Of a stretch of DNA of 64,000 nucleotides, positions 24,188-35,597 are shown piece by piece (position 1 is the first letter of the stretch; each line of letters starts with the position of its first letter). Position numbers and translations under genes: made by a program. The stretch comes from Oikopleura dioica (Eukaryota; Animalia; Chordata), in contig OU015570.1 in assembly GCA_907165135.1 (NCBI GenBank), forward strand, positions 2,811,929-2,875,928, given 5' to 3'. Under the pieces are notes generated by a model that was not told the origin of the DNA, ran no database searches, and saw only the letters and a program-made list of their open reading frames with translations.

Positions 24188-25567
24188 TCATAAGAGTGAC
24201 CTTGCGTATTCTTTGACCTGTGCAGGAATTTCTTGCTGCGGAGCATGTTGGTACTTGCAGGAACTTCCATATTTGCATTGGCCAGTGTTCGTGTACTTAA
24301 AGCAATATCCTTGGGCTTTGTCAAGATCAATCTTTGATTTTTTCTTCCCACTTTGCTTCTTCCGGTTAGTCTCATGGTCCGCTTTGAACTTTTTGAACTC
24401 TTCCATGAGTTGCTGGATTTGTTTGTTGATCGGGTCATTTTCAGGTTTCGTGACGGCGGCAAAATTGATCTCGCGTTTCGGAATGGATCTTTCAAGCTCG
24501 TTTGCTCGTTTAACAATCGAGCTAACATCAAGGCTAGCTTTGTCTCGCAACAGAAGTTCTCGAAGTCGATCGTCTTGGGCAGAGCAAAATTTCTCGATCA
24601 AGAGTTCTTCGTCGTGTTTCCGGAGATCTTTGATGTTATACCCCTGCCTGTAATAGCTCGTTAACTTGGCCATGGCGACACCAAAAGAGTCAGATCCACG
24701 TTGGTAGTTCTCATAAAGGTGTTTCCAGTGATCTCGGGAGAAGCCAAGCACGTCTTCAAGTTTTGCTTTGAATGCATCCCATTCTTGAAGTTCAGTGTCC
24801 GTGAGAGAAGCAATGATGTGGCTCCCTTGCTCTTCGGCTAGCAGGGCACTGAGGGCGCACGTGATAAGTTCTTCATCGTTAAGCGAGGTGACCCGGCCAT
24901 AAATCTCCATGTTTCGAATCCAGGCACTTATCGGAAGGCATGTATCATATTTCGGCGTTTTTATTCGTGCTTTGCCGGACTCAAACTTCCGTTTTGGCTG
25001 ATATTCGGGTTCGCGTTCCTCCCTTCTATTTCGAGTGGGTTGTTTGTCTCGGTTCTTAGATGGCTTCTTTTCAGGTTTTTCTTTCTTGATCTCGGGCTTT
25101 GGTGGCGTAGATCGCTTTGGTTGAGAATTTTTCGGTCTCATGGTAGCGTTTGCTGACATATCAGAGTCGGAAGATGAGTCTTCATCGGTTACGTCAAGCT
25201 CTGGTAGACCCTCAGTATCACTCTCGACATCCAAAGAGGCCATTATCTTGCTCAAGGAATCAGCTTCTTGAGTTGCGACAATTTGCTCGAGGTTCATTTT
25301 ATGCCGTGGGTGAGCAAATTTCTGCTCAACTTCCCCAGTGAAGTCGGGCAAAAATTCGACAAATTTACCGTCATTTGTCGGTTTAAAATGAAACTTTCGG
25401 TCTCTTTCGAGAAAACCCGGATCAACGAGTAAGATATTGCAAACAATGGATCGTTTGTCCGTGATTGGGATTTTTGTTGGGTAACACTTTCCCGGACAAG
25501 AGTCATAGATTTGCAATAGCTCATATCGAGTAAGATCAGAAGCGTTTTTGAAATATTCCCCTCCCAT
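24188..25567 (-). CDS. gag: Gag, 459 aa, with C-terminal CCCH zinc finger
   Basis: First ORF after the PBS; capsid-like helical core (ISAWIRNMEIY...EWDAFKAKLEDVLG); CFKYTNTGQCKYGSSCKYQH = C-x8-C-x5-C-x3-H. Confidence 0.88.
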   Translation of the reverse strand: MGGEYFKNASDLTRYELLQIYDSCPGKCYPTKIPITDKRSIVCNILLVDPGFLERDRKFHFKPTNDGKFVEFLPDFTGEVEQKFAHPRHKMNLEQIVATQEADSLSKIMASLDVESDTEGLPELDVTDEDSSSDSDMSANATMRPKNSQPKRSTPPKPEIKKEKPEKKPSKNRDKQPTRNRREEREPEYQPKRKFESGKARIKTPKYDTCLPISAWIRNMEIYGRVTSLNDEELITCALSALLAEEQGSHIIASLTDTELQEWDAFKAKLEDVLGFSRDHWKHLYENYQRGSDSFGVAMAKLTSYYRQGYNIKDLRKHDEELLIEKFCSAQDDRLRELLLRDKASLDVSSIVKRANELERSIPKREINFAAVTKPENDPINKQIQQLMEEFKKFKADHETNRKKQSGKKKSKIDLDKAQGYCFKYTNTGQCKYGSSCKYQHAPQQEIPAQVKEYARSLL

Positions 25568-26307
25568 TATTATTTTGGTACTTACGTTTGTCGTCTTCTA
25601 ACGGCAGCTCTCTTCGATCGTTAAGCACTTTTCACTGCAGCTCTCTTCGATCGTTAGCTCTCTTATTCTTTGGGCGTTCCGTTTGGTTCAGTCACCAATT
25701 TGTATAGGTTAGACTATTCTGCAAGGAAATAACACAACGCAACTTCAGGCAACTCTAGAGTTGAATGAAGGTTAAAAAGGGTAAAAGTTAGTTTTGGTTT
25801 ATTGTCCACAAAAGTATCTCTGAGTGGTTAAGAATGAGAGTGTAAGAGGGTTTATATAGGCTTTACTTTAGCTTCGTATTCAGCTGGAACAGGTGATGGT
25901 CAGTAAGAACAGCTCGGATCGAAAAAAAGAGGTTCACAACGAGTTGTAGCAGTTCACAACGAGTTGTAGTGATTGAAGTTCAGAAGGCGTAGTTCAGATT
26001 CAGGAAAGACAGTTGAAAATGAACTACCTCATCTCGCGGCGCCGAAGGCCATTTCAAAAAAATGTAGGCGGCGCCCAAGAGCAGTGGTGAGGCGAGCGGG
26101 CGTCAGACGCGCAATTGCCTTTGGCGGAATTATGTGTTCTTTTTATGAAACGAGCAGAATAGTAAGACCTATAGGCATATTTGATCTCCAGATATTTGGC
26201 TTGAAAGGCGCTTGTAGCATTCAGGATGCTACGCGCTCGGCAACGGGCTAAAAACTCGAAAATTTGTCAGAGGCTCCTACTCAATTTTACAATGCCTCTG
26301 ACTGGTA

Positions 26308-27008
26308 TTACAAAATGAAGATTTTCCTATGCTTTATATGTTTGTTTAAGCTGGGATCTTCTAAAGAAATTTCAAGTCCCTCTACTTGTTTTCGCTTGTC
26401 AAACGATAGATTTTTATGCAACAGAGTGAATTTAGATTTTAGATATTCAAATCGAGACTTCGGGTTATTTTGCTGATATTTTTCATTGAATCCTGTCTGA
26501 AAAACCTCACAATTCTGTGCGTATACAGCTGTATCTTTCGATTTTTGCCCGTGGTCCCGAATTCTCATCAGTAAATTTTCGGATTCCCCAATATACTTCT
26601 CCCCACAATGACAGACAAAATGTGGTGTTAATACACCACATTAATGGCCTTTTCCTCTTCTGGCTTTAAGTTCAAGAAAACTCTAGAACTAAAACTAGAA
26701 ATTTTTTTTTCTAGAGTTGGATTTTTCATATGTAGCTCTTCAGGTAGAGTGGCTCAAGGCGATTATTTTCCTGTATCAAACTCAAATTTTACATTTCTAG
26801 AAAAAAAATGAGAGCGTGGCAAAGTTTTGGACTTTTGGAACTTCAGTGAGTCATCGTGACGTCATTTTCGGGGACTCATCCTCTGAAAGTACTTTTTTCT
26901 GGTGTAACTTCTTGCGCTCTTTCTAGTGAGCACAAGAAACGGGGGTGCTAGGATTTCGAATCTCAACTCCTTATTTAAATTAACCTTAGGTAAAAGATTG
27001 GAGATAAT
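26308..27008 (-). pseudogene. Penelope-like element, 3' part (GIY-YIG endonuclease)
   Basis: Minus strand reads FVCHCGEKYIGESENLLMRIRDHG...KRKQVEGLEI. Contiguous with 52512 once LTR element 2 and one ATAAT TSD copy are removed. Confidence 0.82.
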
Positions 27009-27300
27009 TAGAGAATGAACAATTACGATCCAAAAAATGGCGCGCAGGCGCTCGTGAGCAGGACGCTCACCGACGAAGACTAAGCGACAAAAATGATAAC
27101 TTCACTCACTCCACCCAACTGTTCAAGAGATATTAACATTAAATAAATCAAGTGTAAATTTACTAGGTGGATTCATTCTTATCAATTAGCAAGTATATCA
27201 GCAAGTCAAACACCTGTTAGCCGCCGGCCCACACCAGTCATTAGGAAAGCAGTCTTTGCCAGTATAGTCTATCAGGAATAACCTGTTTAATCTCTATTCG

Positions 27301-29178
27301 GTGACTGAAAAAACTAAGATGAGACCCCCCTCGTATAAAATGCACAGGTTGTCACTTGATGATATACCGTTAGTAAGAATGGAACAGTTATTAGCTAGGA
27401 TGAGTTTTCCAAAGGGTAATAACGCGATTGAGTCCTACAAAAAAGAATACTTAAAAAGGCATGGAAAGAAAAATAGAAGCGAACCTCACGTCATAGCAAT
27501 GGCACTTTATTTACTCAGTAAAAGCGAGGAAGAGCCATACAAAAATTTGTATATCGTTTTCGCAATGCCATACCTTAAACAAATCCCAATTGATCTCAAT
27601 AAATTGGAAATAAAAACGTACGAACAATTTTACTCGGAAATCCCCGGAATAGTTAAGAATATTCCACTTTTCGATCCAAAACACATAACAACTACTGAAA
27701 ATAACATTGGAAACGCCCTTAATTTCTTGTACAACAGACACGTTGTTGCGGGCGAAGATATTTCAAATTACCGATTTGCTCAGGATTTGACGAATGAAGA
27801 AATTTTTGATAAAGATCAAACAGTTGTAGAAACTACATACGTGAGAGATAAAGACGAAAATTTGTCGAATATTAAACTTAATGATAAAGACGAGTCATAC
27901 ATGAATATGTTGAGGGAGGACCTTGAAAATGAGGGAGAGGATGAGGATATAAAACCAACAAAAACTTACGGGGAGAAGGGATTTTTTAACAGAATGTCAG
28001 CAAAAGCAAAGGAAGCTTTTAACTTAACGAAAGACTTGGTAGATTCGGAATCAGGGGAATCGAATCAAGGGGATCCCGGGGAGCAAAGGGAATTTAGAAC
28101 TTCATCAAGGGTGGATGGAGACCAAAATCGAGCTACGCTTCATGTAATGGAAACAGAGGAAGAGTTGAAAAATGTCCGGGTGAAGAGATTTACTGATAAA
28201 GATGATCGGGATGGGTTGCCGACATGGGTTGAAAATCAGCTCTTTAATCTTAAATTGCAAAATGGAAGTAAGAAAATTTCAGATAAACAATTTATCGGCT
28301 ACATAGTGGCTGCGATTGATACAAAAACCATTTCGGAAAGGATCACTGATAAACTACGGGAGTTAGAGACCCAAGGGAAACCACTTAATATTGCAGCTTT
28401 CAAGAAAATTGTTGAAGAAGTGGCTAGAAAGCCAGATGAGCTAGTTTTGCGTGAAATCGAAATGCTCACATTTAACCCAGCCAGGGACACACCACAAAGT
28501 TTTTACAGAAGACTTGTTCGAATGGCGAGTGCTTCCAAAATGTTTCCAAATAATAAGGGACAAGCCAAATTTGCAGACATGCACTTTCGAAAGAGAATTT
28601 GCCCAAGTGACGCAGTTTTTCAAGTAATTAGTATGAATATAGTAGGAGAGGATTTAGTTAGGTTCGCAGAAAATTTTCTAAGCCAGAAGAAACTTGCGTC
28701 ACTCAACAATGTGGAAATTGCACAGAAAAATGAGCAAAAGACTCAGAAAGATCAAAGCAAGAACTATAAAAATAATGGCTATAAAAATAATGGCAAAAAT
28801 AACTATGGGAAGCAGAACTTCAAAGGTCAAGGAAGTAATTTACAGAACCCAGAAAGTTCTCAGAGCCCGGGTAATTATCATAATTATAACCCAAGACACC
28901 AAGTCGGCGGCGGTTTTAGACCTCAACAAAGAAATAATTTTTACGCACCAAGAGCTAACCAAGCTTGGGCACCACCAAATTTTCAGCAACAAGGCCCAGG
29001 GCCAATTCCTCGACAAAATAGACCGCCAATCGGTAATCAAGAGAGAATCTGCTGGGGTTGTGGGTCGTCCGGTCATATTTTGAGAAACTGCCCTAACAAG
29101 GAGAGCTAAGTGTGTTACCACTGCAAGCAGACCGGTCACTTTAGCAGACAGTGTCCACTTAAACAAAACAGCCAATAA
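27301..29178 (+). CDS. gag: Gag with two CCHC knuckles, the second behind an in-frame TAA (29107-29109)
   Basis: CWGCGSSGHILRNC, then NKES*VCYHCKQTGHFSRQC in the same frame; likely start ATG ~27319. Confidence 0.88.
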
Positions 29179-29424
29179 TCAGGACTTTTTAGGAGGACTC
29201 CTCCCTACTTTAGGATAAGATGTAATTTTTAGGAGGACTCCTCCTGTTTTGTTTTGTCTTGTTTTTAGTGACTATTTTACATTTTAATTTTTGAAAATCA
29301 TAACAAAACCACGTATATAACCTTGTAAATAGGAAATATATGAAATTTTCTGAAATAACTGCTCTTTAAAAACGAACCCACGCTTTCAAAATTTTTGGGG
29401 AGGAACCCTCCCATTAGGATAAAT

Positions 29425-32400
29425 ATGTATAAAAGTTTGCCTTAAATTCAGCTAACGATAGATGGCTTTAATAACAACAAAACATGGTGTCTCTTGGATA
29501 CCGGAGCATCAGTAAGCCTAATAGAAGAAAGCTTAGTTATCGAATTAAATCTTAAAAGAAAAAAAGCGGAAAATCTAACATTAAAAGGGGGAGATGGTCA
29601 CGTTATATCCGAGCTCTCTGAGAAAACAGTGCTCAATCTTAAATTTGAAAAGGGAGGAAGTGTCCCGATGTGTGAGCTCTTTATAACGCCAAAAATTAGC
29701 TATAGAATTATTCTCGGGTACAATGTTATTAAATTTTTAAATATCAACTTCAAGAAATTGCCGAACCAAGTCAGAGGGATTTCAATCCACTCATTTTCCG
29801 TAGAAGCTCGAGTGACTGAGCCAGTACATATTTCTTCGCTTCAAAATTTGAAATACATTACGGAAAACAATTTAATTACGCAAGAAGATACAGTCACTCA
29901 ACCTCGGTCGCGGTTTCAGATAAAGATTAATTTAAAATTTCAGAAGCTCGACCGACATAAAAAGGATAAAATGGAATTACTTCCTGATCCAGTACCCAAA
30001 TTACGAGCGGAGAACATTGTTTTTGAAGGACTTAATTTACATACGGGAATTTTAACGGGTTTCAATAAAGGCGAGGGGTTGATTATTATTGATAGAAATG
30101 CTCTGGTTGGAGAGATCGGAGTGGCGCAAAGGGAACTAGCGGTTTTAAATACGCTCATTTTAACGGAGAGCTTGAGTCCCCCAGAATATAAACAAATTGA
30201 AAGCGAATTTCAAACTTGGGAAAGGAGAAGAAACGAACTTATTGAGTCCGTTGATTTTGATAAAATTATCATGGAAAAAGTAGAGGAAACTAAGTTAGAC
30301 AAAATTTTTAATGAGGATGAAATTTTAATTATTCTTGCTATTCTGAAAAGATTTTCGAAAGTCTTTGCTAGATCCGATTCAGACGTTGGTTTTAACAAGA
30401 GATTCGTTGTAACATTCGAGTTTAATAAAGAAATGCTACAGCCCGAGCAAAGATCTGCTTATCGAAATCCATCGGCGGATCAAAATAAAATTTTGGAGTT
30501 CTTGGAGGGATTAGAGTTAAATGGAACAATTGAGAAAAGTAATTCTAGTTGGTCAAGCCCATCGATGTTCATTCCGAAAAAGAATTCGAAGTTGCGAATG
30601 GTGACAAATTTTAAAACCTGGCTAAATGAGTGTTTGCATGTGCCCCAATGGCCAATTCGACCTATTCGAGATCTATTCTATTCCATAGCTAGCCACATAA
30701 ACGAACTTAAGAAATACAGTGAGTCAGAGATTTTATTTACATCTGTAGATTTAAAATCAGGCTATTTCACACTTGCGCTAGAACCGAAAATTCGGAAATT
30801 TACAGCTTTCAGCGGGCCAAATAAACTTTACCAATATCATATATTGGCAATATGCAAAAATGTCTCAAGGGCTAAGCCTTGCACCAGCAGTCTTTTCGCA
30901 ATTTATCGCTGAAACTTTTGTTCTTCCAGAAAATCTAGCGAAATTTTTCAGAATCGAACTGTATATCGACGATATTTTGCTCATCCATCGTAAAGATAGC
31001 ACTGAACAGGCACTAAGCTGGCTTCTTTCAATAATTTTGAAAAACAATTTAGTTCTAGATATTAAGAAAACGCACATAGCTAAGCGCAAAGTTGACTTTT
31101 TGGGTTTTTCAATAAATTCGATCGGAATCACTCCTCTGAGAAATAAAATGGAAGGACTTCTGAAAATGGAGTCACCAAAAACTCAGAAGCAAATTCAGAA
31201 CTTTATGGGTAGCTGCAACTTTTTCATTAGATCTCTGCCAAGAGCCCAATTTTATCTAAGTGCATTAGCAAAGGAAAGCTCGAATAAAGATTTTAAGGGT
31301 AGCAAGGAAGTTGACGAAGCGGTAGAAAAATTTAAAGTCGAAATCAACAAGGAAAATCTCACGTTTCATCCGATTCCTTGTAAGGGGAAAAGTTAAGTTT
31401 TAGCGGTTGATGCGAGCCTGGAAGGTTTCGGAACAGTCTTTGGAATAGGAAAAGTGGTAGATACGGAAATCCAAGACTTTAAGCCCATTGCATTTGGGTC
31501 AGGCGTTTTTGAAGAAAAATTAAAGCTAGAATCGAGTCGCAATCGCGAGCTTATTGGGATTCAAAGAGCTTTGGAGTATTTTAAGGATATTTTATCGGAG
31601 GCTGTACCCGTAACGGTAATTTGTGATCACAAAAGTATTTGTAACTATAAGGAAAGTGAAGCGCTTAAAAAATTTCCAGTGACACGAGTCAGGAAAGCCC
31701 TTTCAACACTTTTTCAGTACCCGAATCTAGAACTTAGATATGCATCAGCGAAAGATGAAATAATTCAAATTTGCGATGGCCTATCCAGAGCAATATCAAC
31801 TTCCGGGAAAATCGAACAAAGCGAGATAGTAGAGTGGGTGGGAGGAGTCCTCCCAAGTGAAAATCTTAACCATTTCGAAGTTCTTCAGGACTACAAATAC
31901 AGGCATCTGTCTGAAATAACTCTGGATTTACAAGAATTGAAAAATGCGCAGGACGCTGACTTTTTTTGTCAAGAAATTTTTCGTTTGAATAATAACCAGA
32001 CAAATTGGAATATTGGACCTGATGAATTCCAAGAAGGGGAAGGAGGAGTTTTGATGAGATTTGACCATAGAAAAAATCATTTTTGCTACGTTATTCGGGA
32101 AAAACAAGCAAAAGAAATACTCATCACTCTCCATATGTCCTACGGGCATAGTGCGGAAGCCGCGATTTCGAAAAAACTGGAAGTTGATAGAATTTTCATT
32201 AATAATAAAATTAACCTGATGCGAGAAATGCGTGCTAATTGCTATCTTTGCGCGTTAAGGCAGAAGCCGCACAGAAGTCAGCCAATAAGACACATGACAT
32301 TGCCGATTTTTCCTTTTCAGAAATTTAGCTTGGACCTTTTGGTCTTAGATAAAAAATCGGAAACGGCGCCATTTGGAATGTCATTCTTAGACGAATTTTC

Positions 32401-32806
32401 AGAACATCTCGATATTATGCCAATTTTGCATAAAACGTCGAAATCAGTTATAAAAGCGATGACTATTTAAATTTTCAAATATTCACTTGGTCCGGGAAAC
32501 TCGATTTTGCGTGACGGAGGATCCGAATTTAGGAGCGACGAGTTTCGCATTTTTCTGAAAAAATATGGGATAAGGCATTCAAAACCAACGGGATACAATC
32601 CTACTGCCAACCCAGTTGAAAGGGTGCATAAAATCTTTAGGAGACATTTAGAAGCGTGCAAAAGTTAAGCTGACGAGCTAAACATGAATGATACGGAGAG
32701 ACTACAGCTAGCTCAAAACAGTTACAACTCGAAGCCAAAGCAAAATTTAGGTTTTAAAGCTCTGGCAGAAATTTTATCGGGACAGCCACAAAATCTTATT
32801 GTTAGG
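29425..32806 (+). pseudogene. pol: Pol (PR-RT-RH-IN core), disrupted
   Basis: LLDTGAS, SVDLKSGYF, YIDD, AVDAS, H-H...CYLC, FSLDL / RDGGSEF / VERVH. In-frame TAA at 29443, 31394, 32468 and 32666; a 16-bp insertion frameshift at ~30838. Confidence 0.92.
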
Positions 32807-33699
32807 CCTCGGACGTAAAAAATCATCACCACCAGCCGGTCGTCACACGGTAACAAGAGTAGGCTCATTCGAAAGCTCTTGAACAGGGCTTTCTGTTGGG
32901 TGTTTCCTGGTTTGGTAAAAAAAATGGTTTGGTAAAGATCATGGTTTGGTAAGGATCCTGGTTTGGTAAAGGTTCCGAAATCTTACCAAATCAGGATTTT
33001 TACCAAACCATGATTTTTACCAAACCAGGAAAATTCGCTGACAAAAATCTCAAAAATCAAAAACTGAAAACATCGACTCTAATGATTTCTACTTGACCCC
33101 CCCTCTAGACCAATCTTTGAAGAATATAATTTGATTTTTATTTAAATACTATCTTATCTTGGATCAAATTTTATTCTAAAAATAGTTCGGCATCCGAAAA
33201 GTTCTTCTTCGCCTCTTCAAGCTGCTTTCTCAGCGTTTTGCTCTTTTCTCGAATTTCCGTCTTTGCTTCAGGTTTGGAGCTGGAAAACCTTCTTTTTGCT
33301 TTGAGTCGCCATTTCGTTGATTTTCCCTGTTTGACGATGTAGTACGAACACGACGGATTGCTTAAAAATATTATTATCTGTGAATCACTGTCAAAATGCA
33401 AATAATATTTGGACCACGGTCTCTAGAATCAATATGTCATGCGTTCATATTTTGAATGTATATTAGTTTGCATCATGTCTATGCAGGAAGCAAATAAGAC
33501 CGGCTGGGTCGCAAACAGTGCACAACGCAAATGGCCAATCGTTAAACCTATGCAGGAAAGATAAAGCAATATTATTAGTAATAATTTATTACAGTCTACT
33601 ATACAATCTACTACAAGTAACCACTCGGAAATTGATATTTATCTTCCATAAGCTTTCAAAGTTCCAACAAATACTTGATGGCTCATATAAATGCCCATT

Positions 33700-34040
33700 T
33701 CTTGTTTCTATTCTACCGACGACGAAAAACGGAGCTATACGTTTTTTTTTCAAGATCGAAAACATGCTCTACGAATATCATACTCAACTGGCCGATTTTT
33801 TAAAAAGTATCCTTTGGAACAAAAAAGGAATCGTTCTGATAATCATGACACTTGCTTTTAATTTGAAAAATATGACTTCATATTATCAAAACAAAAAAGC
33901 AAAAAAATATACGGTACGTGTCTACTGCAAAGCAAAAAACAGAGGATGCACGGCAAGAGTTCACCTTGAAATTATATGTGCAGACCCGACGAGTCCCGAG
34001 TTTTGGAAGACTGACAATTTCATTGTCTTGTCCGCTTCAG
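33700..34040 (+). CDS. FLYWCH/WRKY-like N-terminal exon(s) of the MULE transposase
   Basis: PTTKNGAIRFFFKIENMLYEY and YTVRVYCKAKNRGCTARVHL; exon limits uncertain. Confidence 0.6.
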
Positions 34041-34172
34041 GAAAGTTCAGAAAAATAGCTTACAAGTACCTTTGATAACTGAGATTTGATTAATTGCTTC
34101 CATTTTGTTGATTGCTGGTGATTCTGGAAGCAGATCGATTTTCGGATTTGAGCCGTTGTAAAATGCTGTCTG

Positions 34173-35470
34173 TTGTCTTTTGCGAGCATGCCATGCATTA
34201 AAGTATCCCCAGACAAGAGTTCTTTCTTTGCTTTAGCGTCGGCTATCGCAACTTTAACCTCTTTCTCGGGCTCAGCAACTTTAGCAGAAAGCTCAACCTT
34301 ATCACCAACAGCAGCAAGTTCCTCTGATCGAGTTACTTTCTGGTTGAGCGATTCGATCTTCTCTTGGAGTGGAGTTGTGAATCCTTCAGCGTTAGCTGAA
34401 TCTTTTCAATTTCTTTTTTTCGCCGCGAATTGGCTCGGTAGATTTGACTTCTGGAATTTCTTTCAAGCTTGCAAGCTTGCTTTCTTCGTCGAAAAGTTTA
34501 TAATATTTTTGAAGCTTTTCACGCATCAGTTTCCACTCCTCCTCATTCTTGGTCATTTTTTGAGTCTCGAGCTAGAAAAAAAGCTAAAAAAAGGAAGGAC
34601 ATTATCTGTTTATGCCATGTTCTTGTACTGATTCTTTAGCTTTTCTATCTCCACTAGCGTCCTTTTGAGCTCGTCCTTGTCCTTTTGCAAGCGTTGAACG
34701 ACTTCATCAGACGCTTACGAGCTCTTTGCAAGTCGAACTTCGCGATTTAGCCTTTCGACGTCCTTTTCGAACTTGCGAACGACGCTTTCGAGCTCAATAA
34801 CTTTGTCTTTCCACTGTCTTTCCGCAAGATCTCTTCTGGATCGACTTCACGCTGCTTCTCCTCCAACGAGCGCTTGGCATTTTGAAGTTCTTTGACCTCA
34901 TTTTCCAAGAGTCCGATCTTCTCATTTTTCTCAAAGATCTGCGTGTCGAGCTCACCAAATTTTCGTTGAAGAATTTCGACTTGCTTTTCAAACACGCCAG
35001 AATCTTTTTAAGATTGGGCCGAAGAAGCTTCCGTCGCAGCGAGCTTGTTTTCGATCGTTTTTCGCTTCTCAACTTCTACAAAAGGGGTTAAAATTGATTC
35101 GATAATGCCTTTTAATACCTTGCTCGTTGAACTCGCACGCTTGCTCCAGTCGCTTTCTGAGATAATCATTCTCGATCTTCGTCTTTTCTTTTCCAGTACT
35201 GGACTCCTGAAGAACTTCGTACTTGACCTTGACTGCTTCCAGTTCGTCGATCGTCTTGAACAGTGTTGCGCGTTCCTCATTCAGCTCAGAGACTTGGATT
35301 TTGAATTCTGTCAGCTGAGCATTCTTCTCTTCCAACTCTTTGTTGAGGCTTTCTTTCAGCGGCTCATCTTTTTCGCGGGCCGAAGTCAATTCTTCGATCT
35401 TTTCTTGGAAGCTCTTGAACTTCATCGCGCTCTGCAGAAGCATCTCTTCCTGATGAGCCTTCTCTACTTT
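34173..35470 (-). pseudogene. Long coiled-coil protein fragments, antisense within the transposase locus
   Basis: Consecutive E/K/L-rich heptad ORFs (35069-35443, 34747-34995 and neighbours) linked by frameshifts; no family identified. Confidence 0.5.
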
Positions 35471-35597
35471 CAGGGTTAATGATATTTGAATGTTTGAGGT
35501 TTCTGAGGCAATCCAATTTTGACAATCCTAAATAATAACGTTATTCCTTCTGAACTCTAAAAGACTGCCATTCTTCGACAAAGGCAACTAAAGACTA

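Larger units (their letters stand above)
18689..26173 (-). mobile_element. Ty3/gypsy LTR retrotransposon, near-intact, 7.5 kb (element 3)
   Basis: LTRs 25701-26173 (5') and 18689-19160 (3') differ at about 3 sites. PBS TGGTGACTGAA (minus, ~25687-25697); PPT GAGGGAGGAATT (minus, 19161-19172); TSD GGCA (4 bp, or GGCAT if 5 bp); gag, pol and a third ORF. Confidence 0.95.
18272..26247. mobile_element. piggyBac-like MITE (~490 bp net) interrupted by LTR element 3
   Basis: TTAA|CCAATTGCCGAGC ... GCTCGGCAACGGG|CTAA (11/13 TIR match); subterminal inverted GCGTAGCATCC.GAATGCTAC at ~18310 and ~26215. Confidence 0.6.
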
